From: a virus
IMG/VR virus record: IMGVR_UViG_3300034111_001103
Coordinates: 104,935-168,934 of that record
Length of the DNA stretch: 64,000 nucleotides
Reading direction: 5' to 3' (one strand)
The translations under genes were made by a program, and so were the position numbers. The notes beneath the pieces were generated by a model. It made no database searches. It saw nothing but the letters and a program-made list of their open reading frames with translations, and was not told where the DNA came from. Positions 45,121 to 55,173 of the stretch are shown here, in pieces. Positions within the stretch are counted from its first letter, which is position 1; the number at the start of each line of letters is the position of its first letter.

Positions 45121-47547
45121 TTATTTTAGTTTTTTCTTTAAATTTAATTTAATTTTACCTCCATGTTTTCCTTGAGGTTTATCTTTTTCTTTATCTTTTT
45201 CTTTCTCTTTTTCTTTTTGGGGTTGACTCCCACTATAAGAAGGATTCCAAGGTTCATCAGTAGCATTAGGCATAAAAGTAGAGTTAATGTAATGTTTAGC
45301 TAGAGCATAGTCTCTTCTTAGCATATCATTTTTTAAAGCTTGATTACTATCCTTTCTCATTTGAATATCTAAAGCTCCATCTCTTCTATATATTTTGTCA
45401 GTAAAATTATTTAATTCAGCTTGATTTAATTGGTCTATTCTCATATTAGCTTGAGCATTAAATTGTTGTGCTTGACTATCTTGTCCTCTATCATAGTTAT
45501 ATTTTTGACCATATATTTGTTCATTCTGATTGTAGGCATTTGTTTGAGCTTGTAAAAGATTAGCTACATCTGCTGAAGTTCTAGAACCTAGATTAGATTT
45601 GAAAGCATTATAACCTCTTTGTACTTGATTTAATTGAGGTTGTATATTTAAATACCTAGGGTCTATATATTCTGGAGTTAAAGAAGAAGTAGATATAGGT
45701 GCTTTAGCATAGTTTCCTGGGATATTAAAACCTCCCATTAAGTCCATATAATTAGGATTTTGTCCTTGTGTAGCTTTTCTGTAGTCAAATTCTGTTTCTG
45801 GACCTAATTGATCTCCTTGTCTTTGTGCAGGAGGAGAAGTTCTGGGTTGAGTAGAGTTTTGAGTAGTTGATGCAGGTGTTTGTCTAGGAAAAAACATTCT
45901 TTTACCTCTATAATTATCTATAAAATTACCTCTTAAATCTTTTAATTGTTGATCTGATAAATTATTAACATCATAATCTTTATATCTAGCTTCATTTTTA
46001 TTAGTAACTCCCCATTGTTTATACATATCCCTAATTAAAGAAGGATCATTGTCTAAAGCCCAATCATAAGCAAATTCTTGCAAATCTTCAGTTTTTTCAA
46101 ATCTATCTTTAGCTCCTAATGCTCCAGCTTCTCTAGCTTTTTGTTCCCACATTTGTCTAGCACCCTCCCAATTGAACACAGGATTATCATTTAAATTACC
46201 TCCTTTTGGAGTTTCTTGTCCTTGTTTAGTTACAAACTTTTGTTGAGTCCAATTATCTTCTTGACCTCCTCCAGACATTTTAGGTAATTGCCCCCCATTC
46301 TTCATATAACCTTGAGCCATCATAGCTTCTTGTTGTACTTTAGAACCATGAAGACCTGTTAATTTTTGTATTTCTTGTTTTTGAAAAAGCTCATCTAGAT
46401 TTTCATTCTTTAGTTTAATATTTAAATCTGCTGTAGCTTTACCTATTTTATCTGTGAATTTAGATTTAAGATTTTTTACATCTTTTTCTGTAGAATAAAG
46501 TTTTGCCATTTGAGCATAAGATTTTTTAGTTTTAGAGTCTTTTAGTTTTTCAGAAAACACTTTAGTACCTTGAGGAAGTTGCATATCTATTCCTCCTTGA
46601 GAATGTGGTGGTCCATACACAGGTCCTGCAAGTCCATTAGGAATTTGTAACATTTCTTGTCCTTCTACTTCTACATTAGCTCCATTTTCTGCTTTATAGT
46701 TATGCATTCCTATTTCTCCCCCATGAGCACGATAAGCTTGGCTTCTGTTATATTCAAAATCTTGATTAGTAGGGTTTTCTAAAGATTGTCTTTTAGCAAA
46801 AGTTAATGCTTGAGCTTCTTGCCATTGAGTTCTATTATTTCTTATAGAATTACCTGCATTATCTAGGATACCTTTTACTCCATTTATAGAAGCCATAGCA
46901 GCATTACCAAAAGCTGCTGCTCTGTTAAAGTATTTATTGTTAGAAGGTCCAAATATACTATCTAGATTCCATCTACCTTGTTGTCCTTGAGTAGATTGTC
47001 CTTGTTTACTTTCATAGGGTTGATAGAGATCTGTTTTGCCTGAAAGAATATCATTAGAGTTATATCTATCATCTAGTGGAGTATTTCTAAATTGACTTTT
47101 ATTTTCATATAAACCTCTTGTATTATAAGGATTTTCTGGAATATTATATTGAGGTGGTCCCATAGTTCCTGGTGCTTGTGGTCTATTAGCAACTATATTA
47201 GAAAACTTATTAGGGGGAGTATTCCAATTAAATCCTACTCCCATATTACCTCCAGTATTAGGATTAAACCCTTGAGTATTGTCTAGCATTCCTGGATTGT
47301 AAGGTTGATAGTTTTGTTGAGTATTCCAAGCATTGTTTTGGTTTAAATTTAAAGGTTGTCCTAAAGAGTTTTGTAATGTATCATCAGTTATAAGTCCATT
47401 ATCAGCTTTAGGTAGTTTACCTCCATTTTTCATTAATGGTTTTATTAAAGAATCTATATCTTCTCCATTTTGTATAGCTCTTTTTACTTTATTTTGTAAG
47501 TTTTTAGGTATTACTATTTCTATACCTTGTTCATTTCTTATTTTCAT
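45121..47547 (-). CDS. crAss-like internal head (cargo) protein
   Basis: EVEGQE...GPPHSQGG...KVFSEKL domain, Q/N/G-rich linkers, repeated x[NH]GG motifs. Confidence 0.7.
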   Translation of the reverse strand: MKIRNEQGIEIVIPKNLQNKVKRAIQNGEDIDSLIKPLMKNGGKLPKADNGLITDDTLQNSLGQPLNLNQNNAWNTQQNYQPYNPGMLDNTQGFNPNTGGNMGVGFNWNTPPNKFSNIVANRPQAPGTMGPPQYNIPENPYNTRGLYENKSQFRNTPLDDRYNSNDILSGKTDLYQPYESKQGQSTQGQQGRWNLDSIFGPSNNKYFNRAAAFGNAAMASINGVKGILDNAGNSIRNNRTQWQEAQALTFAKRQSLENPTNQDFEYNRSQAYRAHGGEIGMHNYKAENGANVEVEGQEMLQIPNGLAGPVYGPPHSQGGIDMQLPQGTKVFSEKLKDSKTKKSYAQMAKLYSTEKDVKNLKSKFTDKIGKATADLNIKLKNENLDELFQKQEIQKLTGLHGSKVQQEAMMAQGYMKNGGQLPKMSGGGQEDNWTQQKFVTKQGQETPKGGNLNDNPVFNWEGARQMWEQKAREAGALGAKDRFEKTEDLQEFAYDWALDNDPSLIRDMYKQWGVTNKNEARYKDYDVNNLSDQQLKDLRGNFIDNYRGKRMFFPRQTPASTTQNSTQPRTSPPAQRQGDQLGPETEFDYRKATQGQNPNYMDLMGGFNIPGNYAKAPISTSSLTPEYIDPRYLNIQPQLNQVQRGYNAFKSNLGSRTSADVANLLQAQTNAYNQNEQIYGQKYNYDRGQDSQAQQFNAQANMRIDQLNQAELNNFTDKIYRRDGALDIQMRKDSNQALKNDMLRRDYALAKHYINSTFMPNATDEPWNPSYSGSQPQKEKEKEKDKEKDKPQGKHGGKIKLNLKKKLK

Positions 47548-47560
47548 ATTGTTTGATTTT

Positions 47561-48688
47561 TTAATCTATTATTGTCCAATTTGATATTTTACCTCCATTT
47601 CTATATAATCCTGTACTAGCTAATCCAATATTAGCTCTTTCTCTACTATCTGCTGATTTGTCTGCATCTTCTTGATTTGTAAAGTATCCTGTATGATAAC
47701 CATTTTTATAAAATTCATCTATTGCATTATTATTAGGAAACCTAATACCATTAATAACTGTAGGGATATTATAGTAACCTGTTTCATCATCAATACCTAT
47801 TACACTTTCTGTGCTAACATTTCCATTATTATTATCATATAATTTTTTTCTAGGACTTCCATCTGGATTTTGATTTAAAGGTAAAAAAGTTCCTGTATAG
47901 TTTTTACTATATTCTGGTTGAATACTTTCAGGAATAGTTCTACCTCCATTTTTATAAGTTTGTTTAGATGCATTATTAAACAAATCATATTTTTGTTTTA
48001 AAGTAATAATATCTCCAGCATAATTAAAAGGAGCAAAACCTGTTTTTTTACTTTTTATAAAAGATAAAGCATCTGAAGCTACACTTGCTTGATTCAAAGT
48101 ATCTGTTGGGTTTTTATAAAGTTCTACAACATCTTGAGCATTTAAAGCATAATCCAATCCTTGTCTTAATTGAGGGGGAGCAAAATATTTTCCTAATGTT
48201 ATCATTGTAGTGCCTACAGCATCTGCTTTGTTTATAAGGGGGGTATGAGGTAATTGATCTTGATATTTACTTTCTAAATTACCAATTTCTTGTCCTTTAT
48301 CTCTTTGTTTTAACATATCAAAAAAATTAGAAGAACCTAAACCTCCATTTAAAGAACCTATAGAGTCTTGTATTTGTTTTAAATCATTTAATTTTTTTTG
48401 TACATTTACAATATTAACTTTAGGGGTTGTATTTAATTTTATCCCTTGAAAATTTAATTTATCTGTTAATGATGGTTCTATTTTAGTAGCGTCTTGAACT
48501 GGTATAAAATTAGGTTTTGGTATAATAGTAGGTATATTTTTAGTAGAAGTAACAGTTATTTCTGGTAACATAATTGGATTATATATGGATCCAGATTGTT
48601 GTCTTTGGGAGACTATATCTCTAGTAGCTCCTCCATTAGGAAACTTGAATACATCTTCAACAATACTCCATTTTGATTTTTTCTTCAT
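47561..48688 (-). CDS. putative internal head protein (probable start MKKKSKW at 48688)
   Basis: TAATG overlap with the upstream stop at 48688; three NGG motifs; STE...IPTV domain. Confidence 0.6.
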   Translation of the reverse strand: MKKKSKWSIVEDVFKFPNGGATRDIVSQRQQSGSIYNPIMLPEITVTSTKNIPTIIPKPNFIPVQDATKIEPSLTDKLNFQGIKLNTTPKVNIVNVQKKLNDLKQIQDSIGSLNGGLGSSNFFDMLKQRDKGQEIGNLESKYQDQLPHTPLINKADAVGTTMITLGKYFAPPQLRQGLDYALNAQDVVELYKNPTDTLNQASVASDALSFIKSKKTGFAPFNYAGDIITLKQKYDLFNNASKQTYKNGGRTIPESIQPEYSKNYTGTFLPLNQNPDGSPRKKLYDNNNGNVSTESVIGIDDETGYYNIPTVINGIRFPNNNAIDEFYKNGYHTGYFTNQEDADKSADSRERANIGLASTGLYRNGGKISNWTIID

Positions 48689-48906
48689 TATATTGTATCT
48701 ATTAATTTTAGAATTTCTTTCCATTTAAACATTTCATCATATTCTACTTTAATGGTTTGAGTAGATAATGTAAACTCAATACAAAAGAATTTATCTTGTT
48801 CATTATAACTTTGTATTGCTAGTATCTTTTCTTTAAAGGAAAGGTGTAATAAATTATCAATGTAAATTTTTATTTCATCTCCTTTGATGTCTATTTTAGC
48901 TTCCAT
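48688..48906 (-). CDS. hypothetical protein
   Basis: TAATG-coupled on both sides. Confidence 0.7.
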   Translation of the reverse strand: MEAKIDIKGDEIKIYIDNLLHLSFKEKILAIQSYNEQDKFFCIEFTLSTQTIKVEYDEMFKWKEILKLIDTI

Positions 48907-49325
48907 TAAGAAAGAAACATTAGTTTATAAATCAATTTGTTTAGGTCAGATTTTGTGTTATCTAGTACATTTACTATTTCAGAAAAAGGTATTATTTTTT
49001 GTAAGTCTGTAATCATTGTTTTTAATTCTTTAGCATATTGTATTGCTTCTTCTTTAGTATTTAATACTCTAGGGGCAGAATCTTTGTAGGTTAAAAGTTT
49101 TTCAAAAGCTCCTTGACTTTCCTCTGCTATTGTATCTGAATGGTCTGGAAGAGAATCATAAATTTCATTTAGTGCCAAATGAATTGCAAGTGAACCTGGA
49201 CCTGTTATTTTTAAATGTAACTTATGGAAGGAAGTTGCAGCATTCATTAATTCTGATACACAGTCAGATATTTTAGTTAACTCTATTGTAGGATTATTAA
49301 TTTTTTTAAATTCTATTGATGCCAT
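48906..49325 (-). CDS. ferritin/Dps-like four-helix bundle protein
   Basis: HKLHLKITG....HLALNEIY......DTIAEESQG matches Dps ligand spacing. Confidence 0.75.
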   Translation of the reverse strand: MASIEFKKINNPTIELTKISDCVSELMNAATSFHKLHLKITGPGSLAIHLALNEIYDSLPDHSDTIAEESQGAFEKLLTYKDSAPRVLNTKEEAIQYAKELKTMITDLQKIIPFSEIVNVLDNTKSDLNKLIYKLMFLS

Positions 49326-49329
49326 TTGT

Positions 49330-52300
49330 TTATATTATTGATTGATTTGTTTTATTTAATTGAAATTTTAAAAGAAATTGATAGTTAGAAAGTTTATCAT
49401 TCTCTAATCTTATGTTGAAAAAATCAGACCTTAATGGTACAGTTAAGTATTTAGGTGCATAAGAAATTGAAAGAATATTAGACTCTTTATACATTGGATT
49501 AGTTATATATTTAACTAAAGGTTGATTGTTGTTTTGTGATAAGTCTTCAAAAGTATTGAATCTAAAGTTGTTTTCTACATTTTCTGTTAAGATGTCCTTA
49601 GAGTTTAAAGCTATTCTAGGATACTTAGAAGATTGGTAAAAATTATTCTTTTCCTTCACTATAAGATTTAGAATACCAGAAGATTGATTTTGATTATAAA
49701 TAAGAGCTTTGTTAAAAGTTTTATCTTCTATTTTGTAGAAATCGTATTCTGTGGTATATCTTCTTAGATCTGTATTGAAAGAAACAGATTGTAATATTTG
49801 ATTTACATATTTATCCTCAGATTGATATTCAAACATAAAGGTATGTAAATGTCCATAAAATACTTGATAAGATTTAGGTGTTAGGAGGTGAGACCATAAT
49901 CCTTCTTCATGTAAATTGTTAGGTTTATAGTTTACTCCAGAAGAAAAATAATTAAATGCTGGTGAGTAATAATTAGGGAGATAAGTGTAGAAGGAAATAA
50001 TAGTATCGGTTTGAGGATAATATCCTATAGTCCAGCATTGATTTGTAAAGTATATTGTATTGGAAGGTAATATTTCTGTGGAGTCTAAGAAGAACTTATT
50101 ATCTTGTAGGATTATTTTTCCTTTATATTCTTGTTTTAATTGATGATCTCTTTTGGTAATAAGAACTCTTTTAAATCTTTCATCCCAAGTCATTGAGATA
50201 CCAAACCATTTAAAGTTATTGTTGATATTAATAGTAGGAAAATCTTTTAGTATCTTAAAAGGTAAGTTTTCTTTTAACCAATTAGAAGCTAATTTATCTC
50301 CTACAGGTTGTATTTGTCCTTGACCTTGATGATGTATTATAGCTCCTCTTTTAGCATCTACCCAATATTGTCCAAATTCTGTAGATACAAAAGCAGTATG
50401 TTGAGAACCTCCAAAACCTAAATCTGTTTTTTTGTATTGTTGAGGTTGTTGAGCAAATAATTTATTAGTACCTACAAAAGAAGTTCCTAAATCTGTTTGT
50501 AGTTGTACAAAAGAATTGTAGAAAGTAGCTTGATCTTCTTGTAAAACAATAATAGTATTATTATTTGTTCCTCTTATTTGAGTTATTTTACCTCCTGATT
50601 TAGGTATGTCTATGTAGTTGTTAGCTAGATAAATAAGATTTCCATCATAGTTATCATTGTTATCATTATCTTGTAAAGAGTAAATAATTCTGTTATCATT
50701 TATTACTTTACAATCTTCTTTTTCTTTAGAGTAGCTTGGAGAAAGTATGTAACCTAGATTTTCTTTATTTTGTTTAGAGTAGGTAGTATTGTAAGAATAG
50801 TAGTTATCTTCAAATATAGGTACATTAGTTTCTTGAGTCCAAGTATTTGGATCTCCTACATAAGGATAGAAAGACTTTTCTTTAAAGTTTTCTCCATGTC
50901 TTAAATCTAAGTTATAATCACTTTCTACTAAGAAAGAAGGAATACCATAAGAATAAAGAAACATTTTACCTTTTATGAATACAGGGGCTTTTCCAGGTTC
51001 TTGACCTGCAAAGTTTAATCCTGTTAAGATACCAAAAGTAATAGGTATAGAAATAATACCAGCACCTGCTGCCCCTCCAGAAGCTACTGCTCCTAAAGTA
51101 TTTCCTGCTACTGCTAAAGAATTTCCTGTAGAATCTTCACAAGTTAAGTTATAATCTAATCTTTTGTTAGATTTAATACCTACATTAGCAAAAAGAGAAG
51201 AACCTGAATTATCTGAAGAGTCTGCTCCAGTAGGATAATTAAAGAAAAACTTAGGGTAGGCTACATTATATAATTCTGAATAAAATACATCAGCATTATC
51301 TAAGTATGAAGTAGAAGGGTTTATAGAAACTCTTTCTTCTATAAAGAAAGGGTGTTTTATCTTAAGAGAGAATCTATTTATAAAAGTATCTCCTCCAAAT
51401 ATAGGATCACATGATGTATCTTGTTCTAGGTTAGTCCAATCTATTTCTCCATTATATCCTGTATCTAAATATTCTATATGATTTATAGAGCCATATTGAG
51501 AAGGGTTATAATTCTTAAGGGAAGCATAGTAGGAAGATATAGGTCTGTAAAGATTATTTGCATTACAATCTAATGTAGTATTGGTATAATAATCATAACA
51601 ACCTGGAGCCCATCTAGAGTAATCTTTGTTTAGTGTAGAAGTGAAGAACTTATCTATATTTAAATAAGCAGAAGATTCTCTTCTAGCATTGTTAAATTTA
51701 ATAAATTTATCTCCATCTTGCACATTAAATATTCCAGAACCTAAGTAAGAAGTATTTAAAAGTCTTCTTCTAGTGTTACCATCATTAAAATCTTGAGGTA
51801 TAGCACTATTAACATATCTTCCTACAGAGGAATAAGTTTGAGCATAATTTCTAAAAGGTGCAAACTTTTGTAATAATTCTAACCATTCATAGTAGTGATT
51901 TACTATTTCTGAAGGAGCTGATATATTTAAAGCTATTGCAGAAAGAATATAACCTAAAGGTACAGATGTTCCAGAACCTAATACTGTTGTATTTATAGAA
52001 ACATTGGTTTGTAATAAGTTATTAATAGAACTTATAGAAGTTTCTGTGGTTGCAAAACCTAATGCAGCAGCAGATAAACCTGAACCAACTAATTGATATT
52101 CAGCATGTTTATTTACTTTATTATAAGAACCATAAGAAAAACCAAATTGCTCACATTCTAGTTTTAATTCTGTACCTAAAGAAGGTCTGTTAAAATGAGT
52201 GTTAGGAGAATGGAAAGTATATTTGTTATTTTTATAATCTTGACTTCTGTAAGGGTGTAATTGTGAAAAAGTAGTAATATAAGGTTTGTTAGCTAATTCT

Positions 52301-55155
52301 GCTTGATCTGCATTTTTTAAAGGAAGTCTAGATAAAAATATATCTTGGTTAAAATCATTATAAGGATAGTTAGGATAAAGAACCTGTAATCCTGCTTGAG
52401 TAGTATTGTCTACATAATTCCAAACATCATAAAGTAAACCTTTACCTATAATAGATTGATTACCTGCTCTGTTACCTCTTAGGATTCTAAACCCACATAT
52501 AGATAATTTTTCTTGTTCAGAAATTAACCCTAGAGTGACTGCATTATCTAAAGCTTCTTTCACAGTAGTAATGTCTATAGTCACTCCTATAGGGTATATT
52601 TTATTTTTTACTTGATAACTTTCTTGAGAGTTAGGGTCTATTGGAGTATTGTTTCTGTAGAAAGGAGAAATGTTAAAATCAGGAAACTTATAATGTCTTA
52701 TGGGAGTATCTGCTAAAGGTCCCCAAACTTCTTCATTGCAAGGGTATCTTTCTGAAGATTCCCAATATCCAAAGTTTCCTTTTTTGTAAACTACTCCATT
52801 ACAATTATTATCTATTGTTTGAGTAGAATTATATCTTATTTCATAAGTACATTCCAACACATATACAGCTGGAACTGTAATTTCTTCACAAGGAGTTCCA
52901 TCTGGTATAGGAGTATTGATACAAATATCAAAGTAAGAACCAATACCTGCTAAAGCAGGATCTATTGCAAATGTAGGGTCTAAGTTATATACTTTTACTT
53001 TATAATTGTTTCCAATAATAAAAGGAAAACTATTGTTTACAAAATAAAAATTATTAGTATTATTAGCACAACCTAGTAAAGTTGTACAATCATTATCATA
53101 TACCTCTAAGATTAAATCTGTTCCATAAGCTGTAGTATCATATCCTATAGATATAGCATGATTCATTGCTGTAGCAGTAAAATTATACCATACAGCATTA
53201 TCTGAAAAACCTGCTCCTGCACAAGCAGAAGTAGGAGCTATAGAAGGAGAAGCAATATATCTTAAGTAACCATAGAAAGGTAATCCTACTGTTCTATTAC
53301 AAGTATCATTTCCTTGAGGAAAAATAAACATACCTCCTCCACAAGTTATATTTGTGGGTAATATCCAAGCATTAGGTGTAGTAATTGTAGGAGGAACTGC
53401 TGTATCTTGTATTCTTGTATAAGGAGGAATAGGGGCTACTGGAGTTGCAATATCTTCTTCATAATGACATTGTTCATAAGTAAAGGAAGGAGTTACTACT
53501 CTAGGAGTAGAAGATATTAAAGCTGGAGTACCTAAAAGTGGAGGGTATTGTGATAATAAATCATCATAACAATGTTCTTCTTGTAAGTAAGAAGTCCAAC
53601 AATCTGTAGGTACAGGTATAGGGTCTCCTGTAGGAGTAGTTAGTAATCCTCCATATTGATAAGAAGTACATATGAGGGTATCTGTTACTTCTATTTCTGA
53701 AGTTATAGGTACTTCATAACCACAAGGAAATCCTTGGTCTTCTGAAGCCAAATTATATACTTGCCATCTTAGGTCTAAAGGAACATCACAATTATCTACT
53801 TGTATAACATCATTATTGGAAATAATATCATCTGTAGTTAATGGAGATATTTGAGCATTAACTTCAGATTTAGTTGGTCCAGGTATATGAAATCTAGCTG
53901 TAGATTGACCATTAGTTTTAGTAAATTCTACAGCATAAGAATACACTTCATCTCTTAGATTAGATCTATATTTAGAAGCCAAGATAGGATTTTTATAATC
54001 TCCTTCATTTAATTCTACAGTAATCCACTTTAGTCTTAAATTATTAACTACAGGTTGTAAATTAAATATTCTATCTTGTTTTACATTACCCCAAAGCACA
54101 TATCCATTAGATTCTGTTATTAGTTCTGCTTGAGAATAATAAGGATACCTAGCAAATATTTGGTCTATAGATAAATCTTGTATTAAGTTTCTATCTACTC
54201 CTGTATAATTATAAGTTATAACTTGATCTGTTACAGATAAGGTTTGTACTAAGTGAACAGAAGAAGTATTGTTAATAGTCTTGATGACTACTATATTAAA
54301 GTTTTGGAACTCTTGTGATAGGTCATATATAGTTAATTGTATAGTTTGATTTACTATATAATCTGTTTCTACAGTTATTTCTCTATCTGAAAGAGGTATT
54401 GGATTAGTTACATAAAAATAATGTCCTATAGGGTTTCCTAAAGAATCTGAATAAGCTATAGCAAATTGATAAGTACCAGCTTTATTTTCTCCTCCAGCTC
54501 TTACTATTTCTTGTTGTATTTTAGGGTAGCAAGTATCTTTAAATACTTTTATTTTATCACAATCTAATTCATCAGTTTCTACTAAAGGACAATTAGATAT
54601 TGTTTTCTTTTGGTAATCATAATCTATATATCTTAAACCTGTAGGAGTGTTATCTGTAAAATAAACTCTAATATTACAATCATCTACTTTAACCCAAGAC
54701 TGTATAGGACTATCTATAGAAAACCCTAAACAATCAGCATTAACTATTGTTGTATAGTTGCAGTTTTCTTTTTGAGGTAAAGTTTCTAAAGGAGGATCTT
54801 CTGTTGTAGGATTATTACAAGCATCACAAGAATATTGTCTATCTTCTGTAACAGAATAATTGATATAAGATATTTCCCCTATCTCTGAAGATTGAGTAGT
54901 AGGATTTACTAAAAAATATATAGCTTTAGAAAGAGACGGAATATTAGTAACATTTATTACTTTAAATCCATCTTTAAAACCAGTACATAAAATATTACTC
55001 ATTTCATTGGTAATATTAAATATATCTCCTCCTTTATCTTGTATATTTCCATTTATAAGATACCTGTATGAGTTTGGTTTTAATTCTCCTTCTCTGGAGT
55101 TTAAATCCATACCTAATTTAGATACATTTAAATTTATATTTTGATTATCTGCCAC
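49330..55155 (-). CDS. tail stabilisation / muzzle protein (P22 gp10-like in crAss nomenclature)
   Basis: GMDL N-terminus, GTYQFA, RDEVY, YWES.E.YP, FHSP, GGDTFI, FGGSQH, WVDAKRG; GTG start. Confidence 0.8.
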   Translation of the reverse strand: MADNQNINLNVSKLGMDLNSREGELKPNSYRYLINGNIQDKGGDIFNITNEMSNILCTGFKDGFKVINVTNIPSLSKAIYFLVNPTTQSSEIGEISYINYSVTEDRQYSCDACNNPTTEDPPLETLPQKENCNYTTIVNADCLGFSIDSPIQSWVKVDDCNIRVYFTDNTPTGLRYIDYDYQKKTISNCPLVETDELDCDKIKVFKDTCYPKIQQEIVRAGGENKAGTYQFAIAYSDSLGNPIGHYFYVTNPIPLSDREITVETDYIVNQTIQLTIYDLSQEFQNFNIVVIKTINNTSSVHLVQTLSVTDQVITYNYTGVDRNLIQDLSIDQIFARYPYYSQAELITESNGYVLWGNVKQDRIFNLQPVVNNLRLKWITVELNEGDYKNPILASKYRSNLRDEVYSYAVEFTKTNGQSTARFHIPGPTKSEVNAQISPLTTDDIISNNDVIQVDNCDVPLDLRWQVYNLASEDQGFPCGYEVPITSEIEVTDTLICTSYQYGGLLTTPTGDPIPVPTDCWTSYLQEEHCYDDLLSQYPPLLGTPALISSTPRVVTPSFTYEQCHYEEDIATPVAPIPPYTRIQDTAVPPTITTPNAWILPTNITCGGGMFIFPQGNDTCNRTVGLPFYGYLRYIASPSIAPTSACAGAGFSDNAVWYNFTATAMNHAISIGYDTTAYGTDLILEVYDNDCTTLLGCANNTNNFYFVNNSFPFIIGNNYKVKVYNLDPTFAIDPALAGIGSYFDICINTPIPDGTPCEEITVPAVYVLECTYEIRYNSTQTIDNNCNGVVYKKGNFGYWESSERYPCNEEVWGPLADTPIRHYKFPDFNISPFYRNNTPIDPNSQESYQVKNKIYPIGVTIDITTVKEALDNAVTLGLISEQEKLSICGFRILRGNRAGNQSIIGKGLLYDVWNYVDNTTQAGLQVLYPNYPYNDFNQDIFLSRLPLKNADQAELANKPYITTFSQLHPYRSQDYKNNKYTFHSPNTHFNRPSLGTELKLECEQFGFSYGSYNKVNKHAEYQLVGSGLSAAALGFATTETSISSINNLLQTNVSINTTVLGSGTSVPLGYILSAIALNISAPSEIVNHYYEWLELLQKFAPFRNYAQTYSSVGRYVNSAIPQDFNDGNTRRRLLNTSYLGSGIFNVQDGDKFIKFNNARRESSAYLNIDKFFTSTLNKDYSRWAPGCYDYYTNTTLDCNANNLYRPISSYYASLKNYNPSQYGSINHIEYLDTGYNGEIDWTNLEQDTSCDPIFGGDTFINRFSLKIKHPFFIEERVSINPSTSYLDNADVFYSELYNVAYPKFFFNYPTGADSSDNSGSSLFANVGIKSNKRLDYNLTCEDSTGNSLAVAGNTLGAVASGGAAGAGIISIPITFGILTGLNFAGQEPGKAPVFIKGKMFLYSYGIPSFLVESDYNLDLRHGENFKEKSFYPYVGDPNTWTQETNVPIFEDNYYSYNTTYSKQNKENLGYILSPSYSKEKEDCKVINDNRIIYSLQDNDNNDNYDGNLIYLANNYIDIPKSGGKITQIRGTNNNTIIVLQEDQATFYNSFVQLQTDLGTSFVGTNKLFAQQPQQYKKTDLGFGGSQHTAFVSTEFGQYWVDAKRGAIIHHQGQGQIQPVGDKLASNWLKENLPFKILKDFPTININNNFKWFGISMTWDERFKRVLITKRDHQLKQEYKGKIILQDNKFFLDSTEILPSNTIYFTNQCWTIGYYPQTDTIISFYTYLPNYYSPAFNYFSSGVNYKPNNLHEEGLWSHLLTPKSYQVFYGHLHTFMFEYQSEDKYVNQILQSVSFNTDLRRYTTEYDFYKIEDKTFNKALIYNQNQSSGILNLIVKEKNNFYQSSKYPRIALNSKDILTENVENNFRFNTFEDLSQNNNQPLVKYITNPMYKESNILSISYAPKYLTVPLRSDFFNIRLENDKLSNYQFLLKFQLNKTNQSII

Positions 55156-55173
55156 TTTTGTTTTTTAAACTTT

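Noticed and set aside
45178-45218. KEKEKEKDKEKDK low-complexity repeat
   Set aside because: Ordinary charged linker with no exact DNA tandem unit suggesting phase variation.
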